From the NCBI GenBank assembly GCA_000008885.1, contig BA000021.3:240001-272000 (forward strand): a DNA stretch of 32,000 bases, read 5' to 3'. The position numbers and the translations under genes are program-made. This stretch comes from Wigglesworthia glossinidia endosymbiont of Glossina brevipalpis (GTDB taxonomy: Bacteria > Pseudomonadota > Gammaproteobacteria > Enterobacterales > Enterobacteriaceae). The notes beneath the pieces were generated by a model, which had not been told where the DNA came from, did not search any database, and worked only from the letters and a program-made list of their open reading frames with translations. Of the stretch, positions 31,318-32,000 are shown one piece after another; positions within the stretch are counted from its first letter, which is position 1; each line of letters opens with the position of its first letter.

Positions 31318-32000
31318 AAAATAAATTTTTTTTTGCTAAGATAAATTTTTTAAATATATCAATTGCAACAATTGTTTCTTTTACATCATGAGCTCTAATT
31401 ATAGAAGCCCCTTCAATCAAGGAAAGAATAGCACATGAAATACTTCCAGATAAACGGCTTTCTGGAGTAAATAAATTATTTTCATCTGTCATTGATTTTC
31501 TTGACATTCCTACTAATATTGGAATATTAAAAGATTTAAATTTTCCTAAATTTGACAATAAAGTAAAATTATGATTTATTGTTTTGCCAAAACCAAAACC
31601 TGGATCTATAATGATACGATCTTTACTTATTCCTTTGCTTTTAAGAAAATTTATTTTTTTTTCAAAAAATTTTTTTATTTCTGACAAAATGCAATTATAT
31701 TTTGGTTTTTTTTGCATAAATCTAGGGCTTCCCCTCATATGCATTAGACAGATCATAATATCACTTTTAGAAATAACATGCAAAGAACTAAACTCCCTTA
31801 AAGATCTAATATCATTTATCATATGAACACCTAAATCTATACATTTTGTTAAAATATTTTGTCTAGAAGTATTTATGGATACAATTATATTGAATTCTTT
31901 TATTATTTCTTTTATTATAGGAATAACTCTACTCTCTTCAACTTTTTCACTAACTCTCTTCGCTCCTGGCCTGCTAGATTCACCTCCTACATCGATTATA
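31307..32000 (-). CDS. folP: Dihydropteroate synthase, N-terminus cut by window end
   Basis: The ATG-initiated ORF in the track (ends 31822) is only the C-terminal part. The frame stays open to the window edge: [67 protein letters not shown]..., with 'DPGFGFGK', 'GMSRKS' and 'RAHDV'. Confidence 0.95.

Noticed and set aside
31307-31822. folP as a truncated 171-aa gene or pseudogene
   Set aside because: The frame is open upstream of the ATG to the window edge and matches the missing DHPS region, so the apparent truncation comes from the window end and ATG-only calling.

Overview
Very AT-rich, gene-dense window that reads as a slice of a reduced genome from an Enterobacterales-type gamma-proteobacterial endosymbiont (inferred from gene content, gene order and protein motifs; no database search was run). 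Nearly every base is explained by housekeeping genes. (1) A minus-strand dcw cell-wall/division cluster: ftsA (partial), ftsQ, murC, murG, ftsW, murD, mraY, murF, murE, ftsI, ftsL, rsmH. (2) A mixed block: ftnA, holE, a DdlA-type D-Ala-D-Ala ligase, gpmA, mdlB and mdlA. (3) A minus-strand RNA/translation block: deaD, pnp, rpsO, truB, rbfA, infB, nusA, tRNA-fMet, tRNA-Leu(GAG), secG, glmM, folP (partial, runs off the window end). I found no convincing novel system, mobile element, CRISPR array or biosynthetic cluster. The points worth a second look are reductive-evolution details: ddlB is missing from the dcw cluster while a DdlA-type paralog sits elsewhere; conserved residues are replaced in FolP (Asp96 to Asn), IF2 (G2-motif His to Cys) and GpmA (RHGE to RHGS); tRNA-Leu has no encoded CCA; there is a 12-A tract in rpsO; truB probably uses a GTG start; and argG, rimP and nlpI are missing from an otherwise conserved block.
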